64,000 bases of DNA from Octopus vulgaris (GCA_951406725.2 OX597818.1:9300001-9364000), one strand, 5' to 3'. Positions 31,401 through 46,240 are shown, counted from the stretch's first letter. Translations and numbers: made by a program. The notes: generated from the sequence alone by a model not told the origin.

Positions 31401-32569
31401 TTCAACTAATATGCCAATCATTGGAAGGGAAGATAACTGTGGTGTGACTAAAGTAGAGCGCGCAATCACGTGTGTATATCTCAGGACGATGTGCATCGTC
31501 GAACGCGTTTGTCTCTATGAGTGGGTGAACATAAGATGATTTGAGCCTCTGCGTATAGGAGCGTGTGTATATGTGTATAAGTAAACAGTACGTGCGCTAT
31601 GTAGAGTGAGGTATGCTCAGTGTATTTATATGTGTGTTTGTGAGGCTAGCAGATATGTAGTTTGTATGTATGTGTATATTTATATGTGTATACATGTATA
31701 TATACATGCTTTTATACACACGTATATATGTATGTGTGAAAGATGTGCATGTGTGAATGTGTGCGTGAAAACTGAGTATATCAGCGTTTTAAGTAGGATA
31801 TGGAGAGTTATTTATATGCATGTAGACAAAATTCTAAAATGTAACAAACAGTTTTTCAAATCTGTCAACGCTTTAAAATCATTGTTGTATGCTAAATAAT
31901 CAATAAATCGAAATAAGATACTATCTAAAATACCACAAAAGAAATTACGATCGCGTAAATAAATTTAAACAGAATATAAATCTTTGATAATTTGCGTCTC
32001 TGTTACATTTTTTCGCTTTTGCTTAAATTATTAGAAAACATCGTTCAGGTGTATTTAACATAAATCAACAAATGTTATTTCTGCTAACTTAGCTAGAAGG
32101 AAACAATAATGTTCAAATTGCATAGAGCTTCAGAAATGAATATGCGTTAACGTAGAAAATTATTTTTTTTATGCCATCAGTGATGGGTGTGTATGCATAC
32201 ATGTAAGTATTCATATATGTATGTATGCACGTATGTGTGTATATATGTGTATGTATGTATGTATGTATGTATGCATGCATGTATGTATGTATGTATGTAT
32301 GTATGTATGTATGTATGTATGTATGTATGTATGTATGTATGTATGTATGTATGAATGTAGGTATGTTTGTGTGCATATGTATGTATGTATGTATTATGTG
32401 TGTATATGTAGGATAGAAGCCATTCTAGGTGTGGGGCGAAAAACATACAGAGTAAAAATGTATAAGAGCATTCTTTCATTCTTTTACATGTTTCGGCCCG
32501 AAAGATGTGGCCGTGTTGGAGCACTGCCTATAATGTAAATTATATTAAGTTTGTCCTGTGTGACATCAA

Positions 32570-33500
32570 TATATTTATGTGCAGACTCAGCAGCCTCACA
32601 TATGTGATAGTAATATTCACAATTCAGCTTATTTCACAACGTAAGCTTGGCATTGTGAGGTTGTAGGAGGGTTAAAGATTTTTGTGATTTCGGTGAGTGA
32701 CGAATATTGATATATATGAGTGTGGGGTACAAACCCTAATCACTAGAGAAGACCTGAGAAGCGAATGAGAGGTGTGTTAGTGTCAAGTTACTCAACAATA
32801 GTGCGATCTGATTGACAGCTTTCGGTCCATTAGATTAAAATCAGTTGAAGGCCATTGGTAGATAGTTTCAATATGATATTTCCATGCCAGACACTACTGA
32901 ACGCTTTCCTACTGTCAAGGACAGCAATGTGGCTTTCACTATATTTTTCTAAATCGATAGCAAGCTGTTGACATAGTATGGCACATCACCAGGTGATCAA
33001 TGCATTCGGGATCCATAAGATACTCTTTAGGTCTAAAGGTAATTCAAGCTGTTAGATATCTTTGTTATAGTCTATGTGCATGAACGTAGAGATTATAGGA
33101 AGTGAATCCAATATAACGATATATTGCTTGTTCAAAAAAGTTGACTTTATTGGGAATGAGACACACTGAGATACGTTAACAATGACCGATGCAGATCCTT
33201 GCAAAAATGGTGCAATAAAACAAATAGGTGAGAATCAGGAGTAGTTCTGTGGTGCAATGTATTTGCCTAATGGAACATATTTTTTCACTGCTCTTGTTAG
33301 TTTGAGCCCACCAGAATAAACTGTGTAATTGGCGTTTGTGTATTCAAGGAAACACCTTATAGTGTGGAAGAGGATAGATTTGGAGGGACTCTGCAAAGTT
33401 TACTCAGTGTGGATTTGGTTGCAAATCAGGTGCTGAAGGTAGGAGCTTCATTCGATTATTTTGTTTTTCAAATTCGTCACATATTACTAGTTTCTCGACT
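32570..33500 (-). mobile_element. Heavily decayed LINE RT remnant (Jockey/I-like)
   Basis: Minus-strand fragments resembling D..KAF.SVWH, Y(A)DDLAI and VTLD. Many stops. Confidence 0.4.
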
Positions 33501-36500
33501 TCCTCATAGTTAATATATGGACAAAAGGTATCGAGCGCATTGGAGTAGAAAAATAGCATTATTTTTCATTTTTGTTTTATCCGTGAGTTGATCCGTTTCT
33601 GATCTTACTTCAAAGAGTATCATCTAATGATGGCTTTTACGCCGACGAACTTTTTTCTTTGTCGATATCCACGGCTTTTCCTCTCCGGCGGGATTTTCTT
33701 CAGTTTCTTTGTCTTTACTACATTTTCAATTTTGGGTTCGTCTTATGATTTCCTTAGCTTTTCAAAAGAATTGTCTTTTATATTGGTTCCTAGTTTTATG
33801 GATACCCAAAAGTCTTTGTTTTATTTTGTTTCTTTATTATACTAATCAGTTTAGATTTCCTTGCTTCGAAGAGATCTTGTCATCCCCAGCAATAATACTT
33901 TATTTTTATGAAGCTCCGTACTCTAAGCATGCTGCACAGATATATTTTTACTATATAGGCTTTACTATCGTGAGACATTCATTCTTCATAATTTCCTTGT
34001 TCTTCTGTGTTCTTCATTTCACTTAACTTCGAATATGTTATGCTGAATCTGTTGTTTAAAACATGATTGCTACTGTATTTATAGCTTTTCGCCTTCAGCA
34101 TTATCCTAACTCTTATGTAGACTTTTACATTTCTATGGGTTGTAATTTCTTAGATTCATGTAATCTGAAATATTTGAATCAGCAGTTCTGTTCTAATTTT
34201 CAAATATCTGTGTCTAGCTGAAAATGTATTCAGTCTTATTTAATTTGTCTCTATTATTCTAGTTTTACGATAATTTTCATATCAAGTTGAATACATAAAC
34301 AACTTCAACAGGACACCTACAGCGTGCTTTATAAACAGTTGTAAGTTATGTATACGGAAAAGATGTATTATTAATTAGAGTTTAAGATTCATAAACATTA
34401 ATGTTGATTAGCCGTTGTTATCAGAGCTAGGCAGATGTAGAAGATATAAGAGATTTTTCTAGATAGATTCACACTTGTGTGGATAAAGGGCTTGTTTTGC
34501 TCACCTTTCCATTGCCTGCCATGATTAATGCGCCATATTTGTATTGATGATATTTTAGTCACTTGGAATGTTTGCATTATTCAAGAGTTTCGATATCAAA
34601 TGGGGTTTCAGTAAACCATACATGCCATGCTAATTTTACATCTTTTTCATATATAGCCTGGTTTTCATATATAGCCTGGTTTCCCAAAAATTCAGTTTTA
34701 GACCAATTTATCCCTTTCTGTCAAACTTTCAGCTTTTATGATGAAAGAATATATATGCCAGTATTTAGCTTACTTTACAGTCTGTAAATTAATTAAGTAC
34801 TGTGTAGGTTATTCACATACAACTTGTAATCGAGTAACATTTGCTAGACGGTTTGTCGTATTCTGGTGACCATTAACCCAGCCATGAATGGTCTTAAATT
34901 CACCTTTTCTTTCCTCAGCCTCAGGTCAGCTCTGATAAAGCAGGAATAACATAAAATGTACTTTCTGCAAGACCACCACTACTTATTTCTTTAATGCGGC
35001 GGAGTGAAGATGGATTCGCTTCTGGTAGTCACAGTGAATACCCCACCACCATGAGAAAACTATTCTATCTGAAATGTGAGCGAATTTTTGTGCGTGCTTT
35101 ATCCACTAGAATCAATGCCATGAACAATATCTACTTGAAAACCACATTTTGAATCTTCCACAGATCTTGCGGAGAGTAGTGGAACATACAGGCTTGACCA
35201 GCTGGAAGTATGTAACTGCAAATTTGCACGTATGCAATTTGGAATATTGGTCGCTTATTTAGAAATCGCTACGATGGATTGATTCAGTAGGAGCTCGAAT
35301 GGCAGATCTTTCCCGGCACAGTACAGCTCATCTGTTGATTAGGTAAATCAAGAGAAGCTGGTTTAAGCAAAAATTTTCTAATTTTGGAACTGGCCGTCAG
35401 TATTGACTCTGGTTCTTTTCCCTTTAAGGCCCATGTGGCCATACTCGAATTTAATATGCTTTCTAAAGTATATATATTAAATATATACATTTGTGGGACA
35501 TGAAGGGATTTGTGCTTTTCTTTGTATTTTTTAAAAACCTTTTCTATAAAATGTGTTGGTTTCTAAACTCCTGAAAATACACATCTCCATAATACCAATA
35601 AATACTGAACTCTCAGAATATGAGTTACAAGTTCTCCTTCTTTGAAGAAAAGCTCAAATTTTCCAGGCTGTTACTTAATATAATCAAATGTGCCCATGTA
35701 AATATTCATCTTGTAAGGTAATTTGTATGTTTGGAAAAAGTAAAGTATATATGTTCTCATTTCAAATAATTTTAATATAATACTATTACTGAGAGGTATA
35801 GGATTCCACAGCGATAGCTACGTTTTCAAACATGCCTGCTGTGTTTGCATTCCAAGTGCCACGTGATGTGAGAATCACAAAAGCAGTATATGTTACAGTT
35901 CTCTGCACATTGGCATCCTTCTGAAGCTGCTACTCAGAATGCAAAATTTGTTATGAAGATTATGAGGAATGATTTCCACCGATAATGCAATAGGAGATGT
36001 CCAGTAGGAATGCTCGGGAAATCATCGGAAATTCAATGAACCTGATAAGATATTGCTGAGATCCCTTTGGACCACGTGGGTAAGGCACTTAATTTTGTTG
36101 AAGCTGTTTAACTAATGCTTTCTGAGGGATAGTATGTGACACACAAAAGGAGCTATCACATATATTAGGCCTTACTCCTCTTTGTTTCCAGTGAATGAAA
36201 ACCTGGATGCGTGTGTTTAATTATACATGTATCTATCAGTGTGCATGAACAAGAAATGAATAATAAAAGAATATAGAAAAGGACATATCGATGAAATATA
36301 GCCTAATCAATGCTAATTAGATAATACCACAAAGCGTATCAATAAATAAATCGATTATCATTTTCATACACGAATAAATGACTAGCATTGTTCTGGAATA
36401 AATATCTAGTATTGTTCCTGAATAAGTCTAGGCTCGTAATTCGTGGACTGAACATTTGGACCTAACGTTGAAATCTTCGCTCAACCTCAATACTTCCAGT

Positions 36501-37317
36501 ACAATGCTATTACTCTCAAGCTCTCTGTCTATATACTAGTTACTAATACGAATAAATCATCTAGTAGTTCTAGGAGGAAAATGATATACGACGAAGTAAA
36601 ACATAAATCAAACTTACATAAAATATTTTCAGCATTGTTGTAAAATAATTTATATTCTCAAAATTACATAAAAACAGCTCAAAGTATATATTCTATATAT
36701 AACATTCATTTGTTAGTAACTATTTAACTAGCTGGGACTGCATCTATCTTCAGCTAAAGAGATTGAGGCAAGCATATTAACGTTCTTTTGACATTAGTAG
36801 AAACATACGATGACTTACATGATGGTTTGAAATCATGCACATTTTTGTCAGTGTGTATTATTCTTGCTGGTTCAGAGAATATTTTACTAGTAGACTTGTC
36901 AATGTAATTCTCATAAAAGATTTTCACCAACAAATAAGCAAATTCAGACGAATTCTATCGGGAATTTGATTTCGGTCCATCTTGTTCAGATGTCGGGCTC
37001 TGAAAGCATTAAAAGAAAATATGATCAATTCATAGAGATAGTTGGTATTTCACATACCAATATTGAAACATGGAATATATTTTTCTGTCAAAGAATAATA
37101 ACTATCTATATTTATTGAATGTTGTTTATGATATTGAGGGTAGTCATAAAAGAAGTCAATTGGGTCATCTTGATAACATGGGAAACTTCTCGAAAGCAAA
37201 ATCTATATTGATAAATAATACTCATATATACAAGTATACGAGTGTTTACATATATGTTTGTGTAAGTATGTGTGTGTGTGTGCGTGTGCGCACACACACA
37301 TATGTATATATATATAT

Positions 37318-37440
37318 AGGTGCAGGAGTGGCTGTAAGGTAAGTAGCTTGCTTACCAACCACATGGTGCCCGGTTCAGTCCAACTGCATTGCACCTTGGG
37401 CAAGATTTGGTGGACGGAAACTGCAAGAAGCCCGTCGTAT
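37318..37440 (+). mobile_element. SINE family A head
   Basis: ggtgcaggagtggctgtaaggtaagtagcttgc...ggttcagtcc. Confidence 0.75.
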
Positions 37441-37539
37441 ATATATATATATATATAGGGAGAGAGAGAGAGAGAAAGAAAGAGAGAGAGGGAGAGAGAG
37501 AGACGGATAGACAGACAGACAGAGGTTATGAGAGGTAAT

Positions 37540-37770
37540 GCTGTCAATAAAACCCTAAGCGATGTTGGGTGGGGGGACAAACACAGACGCGCATATATAT
37601 GTACATATATACCACAGGCTTCTTTCCGTTTTCGTCTACCAAATCCACTCACAAGACTTTGGTCGGCTCAAGGCTATAGTAGAAGACACTTACCCAAGAT
37701 GCTACGCAGTGGGACTGAACCCGGATCCATGTGGTTCGTAAGCAAGCTACTTATCACACAGCTTCTTCTA
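37540..37770 (-). mobile_element. SINE family A
   Basis: cgtctaccaaatccactcacaag...gcagtgggactgaacccgg...aagctactta, matching 21457-21624. Confidence 0.75.
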
Positions 37771-38101
37771 CGCAAATATACAGACGGAAGGGCAACTAGT
37801 GTTACACTGATTAGTTTAAACCTGAGGTATCAAATGTATATACCTGCCACAAATACATATAAGTATACAGATTTAATAGTAATTGTTAAACCAGTACGAG
37901 CGCTTATTATTGGCATAATGACCCAACTGAAATACAAAAAGATTTGTTTCATAATACGAGTTCACATCAAGGATCTTGCAAACCAAATACAGAAGCGAAG
38001 TATTATGTTACGCATATATGTATATATGCAAGTGTGTAAATATATATGTGTAGATATATACATTCAAATATTTGGACACACACGCACGCGCGCGCGCGCA
38101 C

Positions 38102-38184
<83 letters not shown>

Positions 38185-38356
38185 CGGAAAGATAGACCGA
38201 TACAGAGAGCATGTGGATGTCATCGCAGATAAGGAAATTGTGATAAAATTATATACATGTGTATGCTTAGGTATATGCATATGTGTAATATATGTATATA
38301 CATAGACATATGCTTATATATATGTATGCGTATGTGTGTATGTGTGTATTTATATA

Positions 38357-38426
<70 letters not shown>

Positions 38427-39311
38427 TACTTACATACGCATATACATACATACGCACATACATCCATGCATGCCTACTGACCTGTACACACACATATATT
38501 TGCGTGTATGTATTCTCTCGCGCTCTCTCACACACAGATATGCACACAGACGTGATTAGCTGCGAGCACGCAAATGTCTGTCATCGTAGATAACGGAACC
38601 AGAATTAGTAATGTAGCTAAAGTAAATGAAAGTAAAATTAATTTATTGTTATCCTTTGTCTTCTTTTGTTTCATCTTCTTATATGCTTATATAGCTATTT
38701 CAAATAACTCCTTTTGTATCTGCCTAAATCTTATTTCATGTTGTAATGTCTAGACATGAATGCATCATATCAGCCTGCATCTAATGTTTTCCTGTAAAGT
38801 CAGTATACCATATAATCTTAAGATCAATGCACAATCACACACTAACGTAAGTCAAATCGACTCAAACAATAAACAACAAACTAAACAGTGTCAGACACAT
38901 TGAGCGAAAATGAAAGAGAAAGTGAAACAGAAAATAAGCGAAAAGAGGAAAGAAAAAAGGTATGTTTGAGAAACAACGCTAAAACTGGAGATCAATAGAA
39001 GATATCGTAAACCCTGTAATTTAATAAGTTTATTATCTCACTCAATTTAGCAGCTCTAAACTTGGCTTAACATTTCAATTTTACTCAGATGTTTCTTTAG
39101 GTGATGGTGTACCTCATGTAATAGGTGTGTTGATAATACTATTATCCCGGCTTATCTTGACCATAATTTTCTTATACATGCATGTATCTTGCTATATACT
39201 ATACAATTACTGTCTTCCTGCTTATGCTCCCTGCATGCATATATATACACACAAAAAGCATACATTTATGGAGAGATATAAATATATATGATGCAAACAA
39301 TTTATACATAT

Positions 39312-39381
<70 letters not shown>

Positions 39382-40698
39382 ATGATGTATGCATATGCAT
39401 ATGAATAACTTTATACAAGCATACACTCGTATATATATGCTCTGTGATATATGTATCTATATATGCATACATCTTACACTCAAATACTCATTCATACAAA
39501 CACATACACACACATACAATTATATATTAAAATGTGTGGCTGTACGCGAGCGTGTGTACACACATACGTGTTTAAGTGGGGATGTACATGTATAAAAGTA
39601 TGCTATTTTCCTTGTTCTATAGTTACTGCATTTTATATACTGAATGCTAAATCCAAATGACTTGCATACAAAGTAGCAACCCTGGATTATATGATGAGGG
39701 AGTAAGTTGTGTGCAAATGGGTAAACTAAACTTTTACGTGACAGAAGGAATTTATATAAAATCCTTTTTAATTTCCGGTAATGTGCTCCTTAAGGAAGAT
39801 GCTTAGCTTGCGTCTTGGATATGATGGCCATTGTTGTTTCCTATTTTAAGAGCAAGATGAGTAAGAAGATCTGTATTTGAATGATTTGTATGTGCGTTTA
39901 CATCTATATCTATAGAAATATATACCTGCGTGTATATTTTATGAAACATCAATAAGTGTTGAGTAAAAATAAGAATGTGAAGAGACTTTCTATTATAATT
40001 ATGTGGGAATGGCAGTAGGAATTACTCAGATTCTGTATACAATCAGTACCACAAACGGTTAGCACATTGGAGAAGGTAGCCTGGTTTGGGTACTTGTGCT
40101 TTTGACGACTCGTCACTGATTAAACATTAGCTGTTTGTGCACTAAATATATCACTCGTAAATTTATTTATTACACAGCTTTGGATGAAATAAGATAAGAG
40201 TATATAGGCACATTTGCTTCATGCTTTTGATATGAAGGGAAATGGAATCTCTTTGATGAACGTTTCACAATCCTTTCAATGCTTCTCAAAGAATACTTAC
40301 TGCTGAATTTAAACCATTGTTAGGCGTTATATTCATACTTACACTATTTTTTGTGATTACTGCTACGTTATCTTGAAGTAAATAAAGTTTAAGTAGTGAT
40401 AAACTGTCAAAAAAAAAAATATTCAAACATTGTTATACTATTCCTAATTAAAGATTGTTTTACCAGCGAGTGATCTATAATCAGAGAAAGGGAGATGATA
40501 TATATAAACATAAAAGTCAATACATAATGTAATAATTCGTATGCTTCAACTGTACTTTCAGTTGATTAGAAAGGATATTTTTGTTTATATTCGTTAAAGT
40601 ATTTAACTGAAGCATTGCTTAATCTTCCTAAGTCTTCGTTTAATTACGCACCACAAAATGTGTTGTGTGTGTGTGTGTGAGTGTATGTGTGTGCATGC

Positions 40699-40744
<46 letters not shown>

Positions 40745-41684
40745 GAGTGTTTGTGTATATGTTTGTTTATTTGATTGTTTGCGTGTAGCGGTGCGCGCGT
40801 GTGTGTGTGTCTGTGTGTGATGGCAGAAGAACGTAGAATAAAAATATTATCTAAAACCCAGCTGTGCCATTCTACTTTCAGTTTTTAGAAATAACTTCGA
40901 GGTTCTTTTAACTATTTTCTCCAACATGTGAGACATTAATTGATGACCTATATTTTCTCCTCTCTTGTAAAGGTATACGAAACTTCGATTTCATTCAAGT
41001 TTACATTTTATTCTCTACTGCCCTGAACTGACTTCATTCCATAATTGTAATAATCTAATTGTTAAGTATGTTATCTATTTAGACGTATATATAAATACAC
41101 ACGGATACGGTTGCACATACCTACATAAATACTTATAAATGTGTGTGTGTGTGTGCTTGTATAGATTCCGAACAGGCAAAATTATGTCATATTTCTCACA
41201 TATTTTTGAAACAGCTGCCCTTACATGCATTTTCCGTCTGCAGAGACATGTGAATTTCTGTAGCAGCTGATGCTTCAATAATTATTAATATACATGTTAT
41301 TGTTTTTCCCATTGTTTCTGTCATAGTGAGTTTTGATCTTCATATTTGTCTCTATGTTTTTCATTTGACCAGACTTTCAGATATAGATATTCGAATGCAT
41401 ATGCAGTCATTCCTTTTATTAAAAATGGGATCCACGGATCCACATCGGGAAAAATAAGTCACATATCTCTAACTGATAGCGCTTCAAAATCTATAACCAT
41501 GTATGTATGCATCTATCAATCTATCTATTTATTTATCTCTCACGCTATGCATATATATATATATATATGGTGTGTGTGTATGTGTGTGTATGTGCGTGTC
41601 TGTGAGCGTGTGTGTATATTCATATATATATATATATATATATATATGTGTTTGTATGTATGTATGTATGTATATATAGTTAAT

Positions 41685-41890
41685 CCAAACATGAACAAAG
41701 AGAAAACACAACAATGCGAGGACGTGGAACAAGTATAGTATTATTGGACGCTCAGGAAAGAAAGGAAAGAAAGAGGATTTAACGTTTCGAGCGGATCACT
41801 TCGTCAGAAACATAGAAATAGGAAGGGTTCAAGGAAGGGAAGACGGAGAAAGAAAATCGCCAACGATACACACGCGATCACATATTGAAA
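41685..41890 (-). mobile_element. Solo Penelope-type terminal repeat with hammerhead motif (41777-41811)
   Basis: Reverse complement reads gttt-CTGACGA-agtgatccgctc-GAAAC-GTT-aaat. Homologous to 42620-42790. Confidence 0.6.
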
Positions 41891-41910
41891 TATGTATGTC
41901 TCTCTCTCTC

Positions 41911-41961
<51 letters not shown>

Positions 41962-42161
41962 TTATATATTTATATATATATATGTGTGTGTGTGTGTGTG
42001 AGGTATACTTGCCATCTCAATATGGCTAGTCACTAAGGGTGGGTGTTACTCTAGCTTGTAGCCCCAGGAGAACATCGTCTCCAGCCGGGTATTGACACAT
42101 ATTCTGTGCCCTATCGGTCATCCAAAAGGAGGTCATCCTTCCCTCGTCAACCTAAGTGATA

Positions 42162-42206
42162 CGCACGGACTGCAGTTTCTGGGTCTTGACCCGTCATCAG
42201 CGTACG
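42162..42206 (-). ncRNA. Minimal type-I hammerhead ribozyme with GUC cleavage triplet, in a ~210-bp element (42005-42215)
   Basis: Reverse complement reads cgtacg-CTGATGA-c-gggtc aa gaccc-a-GAAAC-tgca-GTC-cgtgcg. 6-bp stem I, GC-rich stem II, palindromic stem III ACTGCAGT. Confidence 0.78.
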
Positions 42207-42490
42207 ACAATCACCGGTGTGTGTATCTGTGTGTGTCTATGTTTATATATTTATCATTTCAAACGATTCATTAACGCTCGTGGCACATGGATGTGTAAGG
42301 TACAAGCAAATAGGTAGATAGACTAACACCACAGTGAGATTCTCCACCGGCATAAACATATATTCTATCTGATGGATATTGTTGCGAGAAAATTCTGAAG
42401 TCCAGTTATTCCTCAGTGAGCTGTTGGACGGTGTAAGTATAATAAGTAACAGGCGAATAGATGTTTATATACGCGACAATTTTGGTAGAA

Positions 42491-42550
<60 letters not shown>

Positions 42551-42619
42551 GTGTGTGTGTGTGTGTGTGTATGTATATAGGTATGTTTGTATGTAGGTAT
42601 ATACGTGTGTGTATGTAAC

Positions 42620-42822
42620 CCCCCCCAACAAAAAAACGAACAAAAACACAAGAAAAACAGCAACGCGAGATCGTGGTACACGCAAAGTTTTAGCAGGCGC
42701 TCAGGGAAGGAAAGAAATGCGGTTTTACGTTTCGAGCAAAGCTCTTCTTCAGAAACAGGAGACAGAGGAAAGTCCAGGAGAAAAGAAAGAAGTGTATGCG
42801 TGTGTATGTGTGTGTGTGTGTA

Positions 42823-42875
<53 letters not shown>

Positions 42876-44117
42876 CGTTATAATTTTGATGACATCTTTC
42901 TGGTGATTTTAGGTCAGAAGATAGATTTGATTTTGGCATTAGTGCTTTAGCACTAATGGTTGGTTAGTTGGCTGGTTCGTTGGTTGTTTGGTTGGCTGGT
43001 GGGTTGGTTTTTTTATTGATAGTAGATTTCGTGACATCACCTTATTTTGATAATTTTGATAATGAACCTGTTTTTCTTTTGGTCAAGTTTAGCGTTCTGC
43101 TTGGCTGACTTTCCTTTAGGATCTCGATCATTAGTTTTTGCCTAATGGTTATCAACCTTTCCAGTTGGCTGATTTTCTTAAGGAATCAGTTTTTCTGAGG
43201 GTTCGGTTCTGATCGGAGGTAAAATTTCTTTGGTCTAGTGAGAAGGGAACAAGAGAAATGATGTTTGAGAATGTGTATGGTGTTATTGTATAGTGATTTG
43301 GAGTTGGGGTTTCAGAACACAGAGGGGACCCAGTTCCGAAAGTTTTAAAATTATGTCTGTTGTACTTGGTATTTTTTTTTTGTGGAAAAACTGAGTTTCT
43401 TTCATCTTTTTAGTATGTTATTAAAGGATATTTCGTTGTAGTTTTCATTTTTTATGAGCGTGATTTCTTTATTCAATTGGAATTGGGTTGAAGTGTTTCC
43501 GGTGCATTGATAGAGAGGCATTGATAGGTGTTTGCTGACGGGAATTTTCCTCGTCGTGGGGCCCCGGATTTGTTGCCTGTGTACCGTGAACAAGGACAAA
43601 CTAGTTTGAACTGTGAATTTTCCATCACATCCCACCACATTTGAGGACATAGATTAAGTTCTTCAATGCACATGTAAAATCATTATTTTATGGTGAAAAT
43701 TTGACCTGACTTAAATTTATATGTTGAACCCTCCAGGGGGTAGATGCAAGTCCCGCAGTTAGGGCGGTTGAATATTTTGAATTGTAGAGTTGTATTTCTG
43801 GTGGGTAATTTGCAGCTGGTAAGTAACCCCTTTAGGGATTGCGATTGTCATTTTTAATTATTGTCTTTTCGGTGCGTTTTGTACCAGCAAGTCGTTCATC
43901 GATGGATGATATTGTATGCTTTAATGTTCCTCGGATTGTATGTTGATACGTAAATTAAAGTTTTAAAGTGTGTCATGTTTTCTTGTTTTTCATAACTCTT
44001 GGATGTGTGTCGTCTTTGCACGTTCTATACCGATTTTGATTAAACTAGTCGGATATTTTCCTTCTAATAATGTTTTTTTAAGTACTTAGAGAGTTTATTT
44101 CTGGTTTGCCAAGTTGA
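42620..44117 (-). mobile_element. Penelope-like element 3' part: linker + GIY-YIG endonuclease remnant + terminal repeat
   Basis: Reverse-complement peptides FNRPNCGTCIY and FTCALKNLIYVLKCGGCDGKFTVQTSLSL..TVHRQQIR, typical of the PLE GIY-YIG context. Hammerhead at 42722-42756. Confidence 0.78.
42722..42756 (-). ncRNA. Minimal hammerhead ribozyme in the PLE terminal repeat
   Basis: Reverse complement reads gttt-CTGAAGA-a-gagc ttt gctc-GAAAC-GTA-aaac. Stems I and II are paired; stem III is the loopless ACGT. Confidence 0.7.
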
Positions 44118-45944
44118 GAGTACATTGATATGCAGGAAGACAGACACACACATACACACAAATAGACAGGAAATCAGTCATATACATATATATATGATAT
44201 ATATGACAGTGTGTCTGTTTTTAACGCGCGTCCAGCATTCTAATCAGCGAGCAAACCGAAAGCCCAGTGCTCTTAAACGAATCAATAGTTTGTCTTTGGG
44301 GATGCTACAATCAACAACACTTCTGTATATCATTTGCTACATTATAAACCTAGATATATACATAACGACTTATATCCTTCGGGAGCTCAACAAAATCATT
44401 CGATTTGTCACTAATATAACATTCAGTCCGTTTCAAAAATAAAAGAAATGACAAACATTTCTGATGGTCAAAGCTAAAATGCCTTTGATCATAGATCTGC
44501 TCAAATAGGGATGGGTCGGGGTTGTATTGGATAACAAAAATTAAACAAACAAATGTAATTAGTTAATTCAATTAAAGCAGACAAATATTCTGTATATGCG
44601 CGTGGATATTTAATCAATATCTCTTAATGCAAGATACTTATCGTCACATTGGTACTTGTTTTTTGGAATCAGATCTTAGTCATAAAAAGAAAATACTGAA
44701 GCAATATTTCGATCAGCGCATTCTTGATTCTATGTTTCCACAAACTGTGATCAGTTAATATCGTGAAAGTTACTACAGCGAAATGTGTTGCGATAACATT
44801 TCTTCTTTTTCGCAACACATTTTGCTATTCAGGATGTTATTCTTTCATCATTATACATCCCTAAAGAAGACTGATTGAAATGATTTAGGACTTCAAATTT
44901 AAAATACTATATGAATGATGAATGATGAGGATGATGACGACGACGACGAAGAAGAAGAAGAAGAAGAAGAAGAAGAAGAAGGAGGAGGAAGAGCAGGAAG
45001 AGAAGGAGGAGGGGAAGAAGGAGGGGAAGAAGGAGGCTGACAATCATTACCGCCCCCCACCACCACCATGACTTCGACAACAACAACTATAAAGATAACG
45101 ATGGTGACGACGACCATGAGAATGGTGGTAGTGGTGATGGTGATGGTGATGGTGGTGGTGGTGGTGGTGGTTGATCAAATCATTGAACATTGGTGATTAC
45201 GCAGTGAGTGTTTGTCTTAAAACAAGACCTATTTGCTACATCACACTTTATCTCCAGAAACTATACTTCATTTTGATTTTTTCCCTTTAATTTTCTTTAT
45301 TTCGCTGCTCCTCCGAATATTCAACCACACCACATTTCGTCCTTAATGTCATCATCATTATCTTGATTCCTATTACAATAAATCAAAGGCAAGAACGAGA
45401 AACTTCATTCCTCAGAGATTGTTTTCTTCTCCTCAAAGTTGTTATCAGGGACTTCTTAATGTATTAAACACACATTTATGCAAATAATATGAGTATTTTG
45501 CATGTAATGCATAGATTTAGCTAAATAATTTACATTTTCCTTTTGCGTATTTCTCGAAAGTATTTAATTTTTATGTTACGCTTGTATTTTATTCGGCTAT
45601 TGTTTGTGAACAAATAAATGAATTGACAATATTGTAAATTGCAGAGGGAAAGTTATAAAACACAAAGGTTTCGAGTTCCATAATCTGTGAACATACACAG
45701 CACAAAAGCACAGTCACAGCTAATATGAACAAACATATTTGAATGTAATTTATCCGTTTGTTACAATGCACATTTAGAATACTTGAAGTTGCTACTGATA
45801 ATGTAGCTAGAAATTTACGTTGTAATTCCCATATGCATCAGATGGACACAAAATACCCAAAGATATCCGAGGTAAAGATATATGTTTTATGTGGATCACC
45901 TAGAATACTTAAAACACACAGTGAAATAATACTTTCCTCTCCGT

Positions 45945-46240
45945 AACGACGTTGCTTTTTCTACACTCCACATCGCAGACTGCATCCAGAAACATGGCAT
46001 CCCAAATGACTACTGCTCGTCTACCAATACTTTGCAGCTTTGGTCCGCAGAAATGCTGTCTCACTCCTCGTCTATTGGTATTGAAAAATCCATTCGACAC
46101 ACGCATTTCTGCCTTTGCGGCAATACCCAGTGTGTCTCCCAAAGATGAGTACAAACCAAACTCTTCATACCGTTCTCCACTGAACCGAACGCCTCTAGAA
46201 TTTTATCCATCAACAGTGTACACACCATTTAAGGGATAGT
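45945..46240 (-). mobile_element. Possible Tc1-like transposase remnant
   Basis: Weak motif resemblance only (..AVVIWDAM..). Confidence 0.25.
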
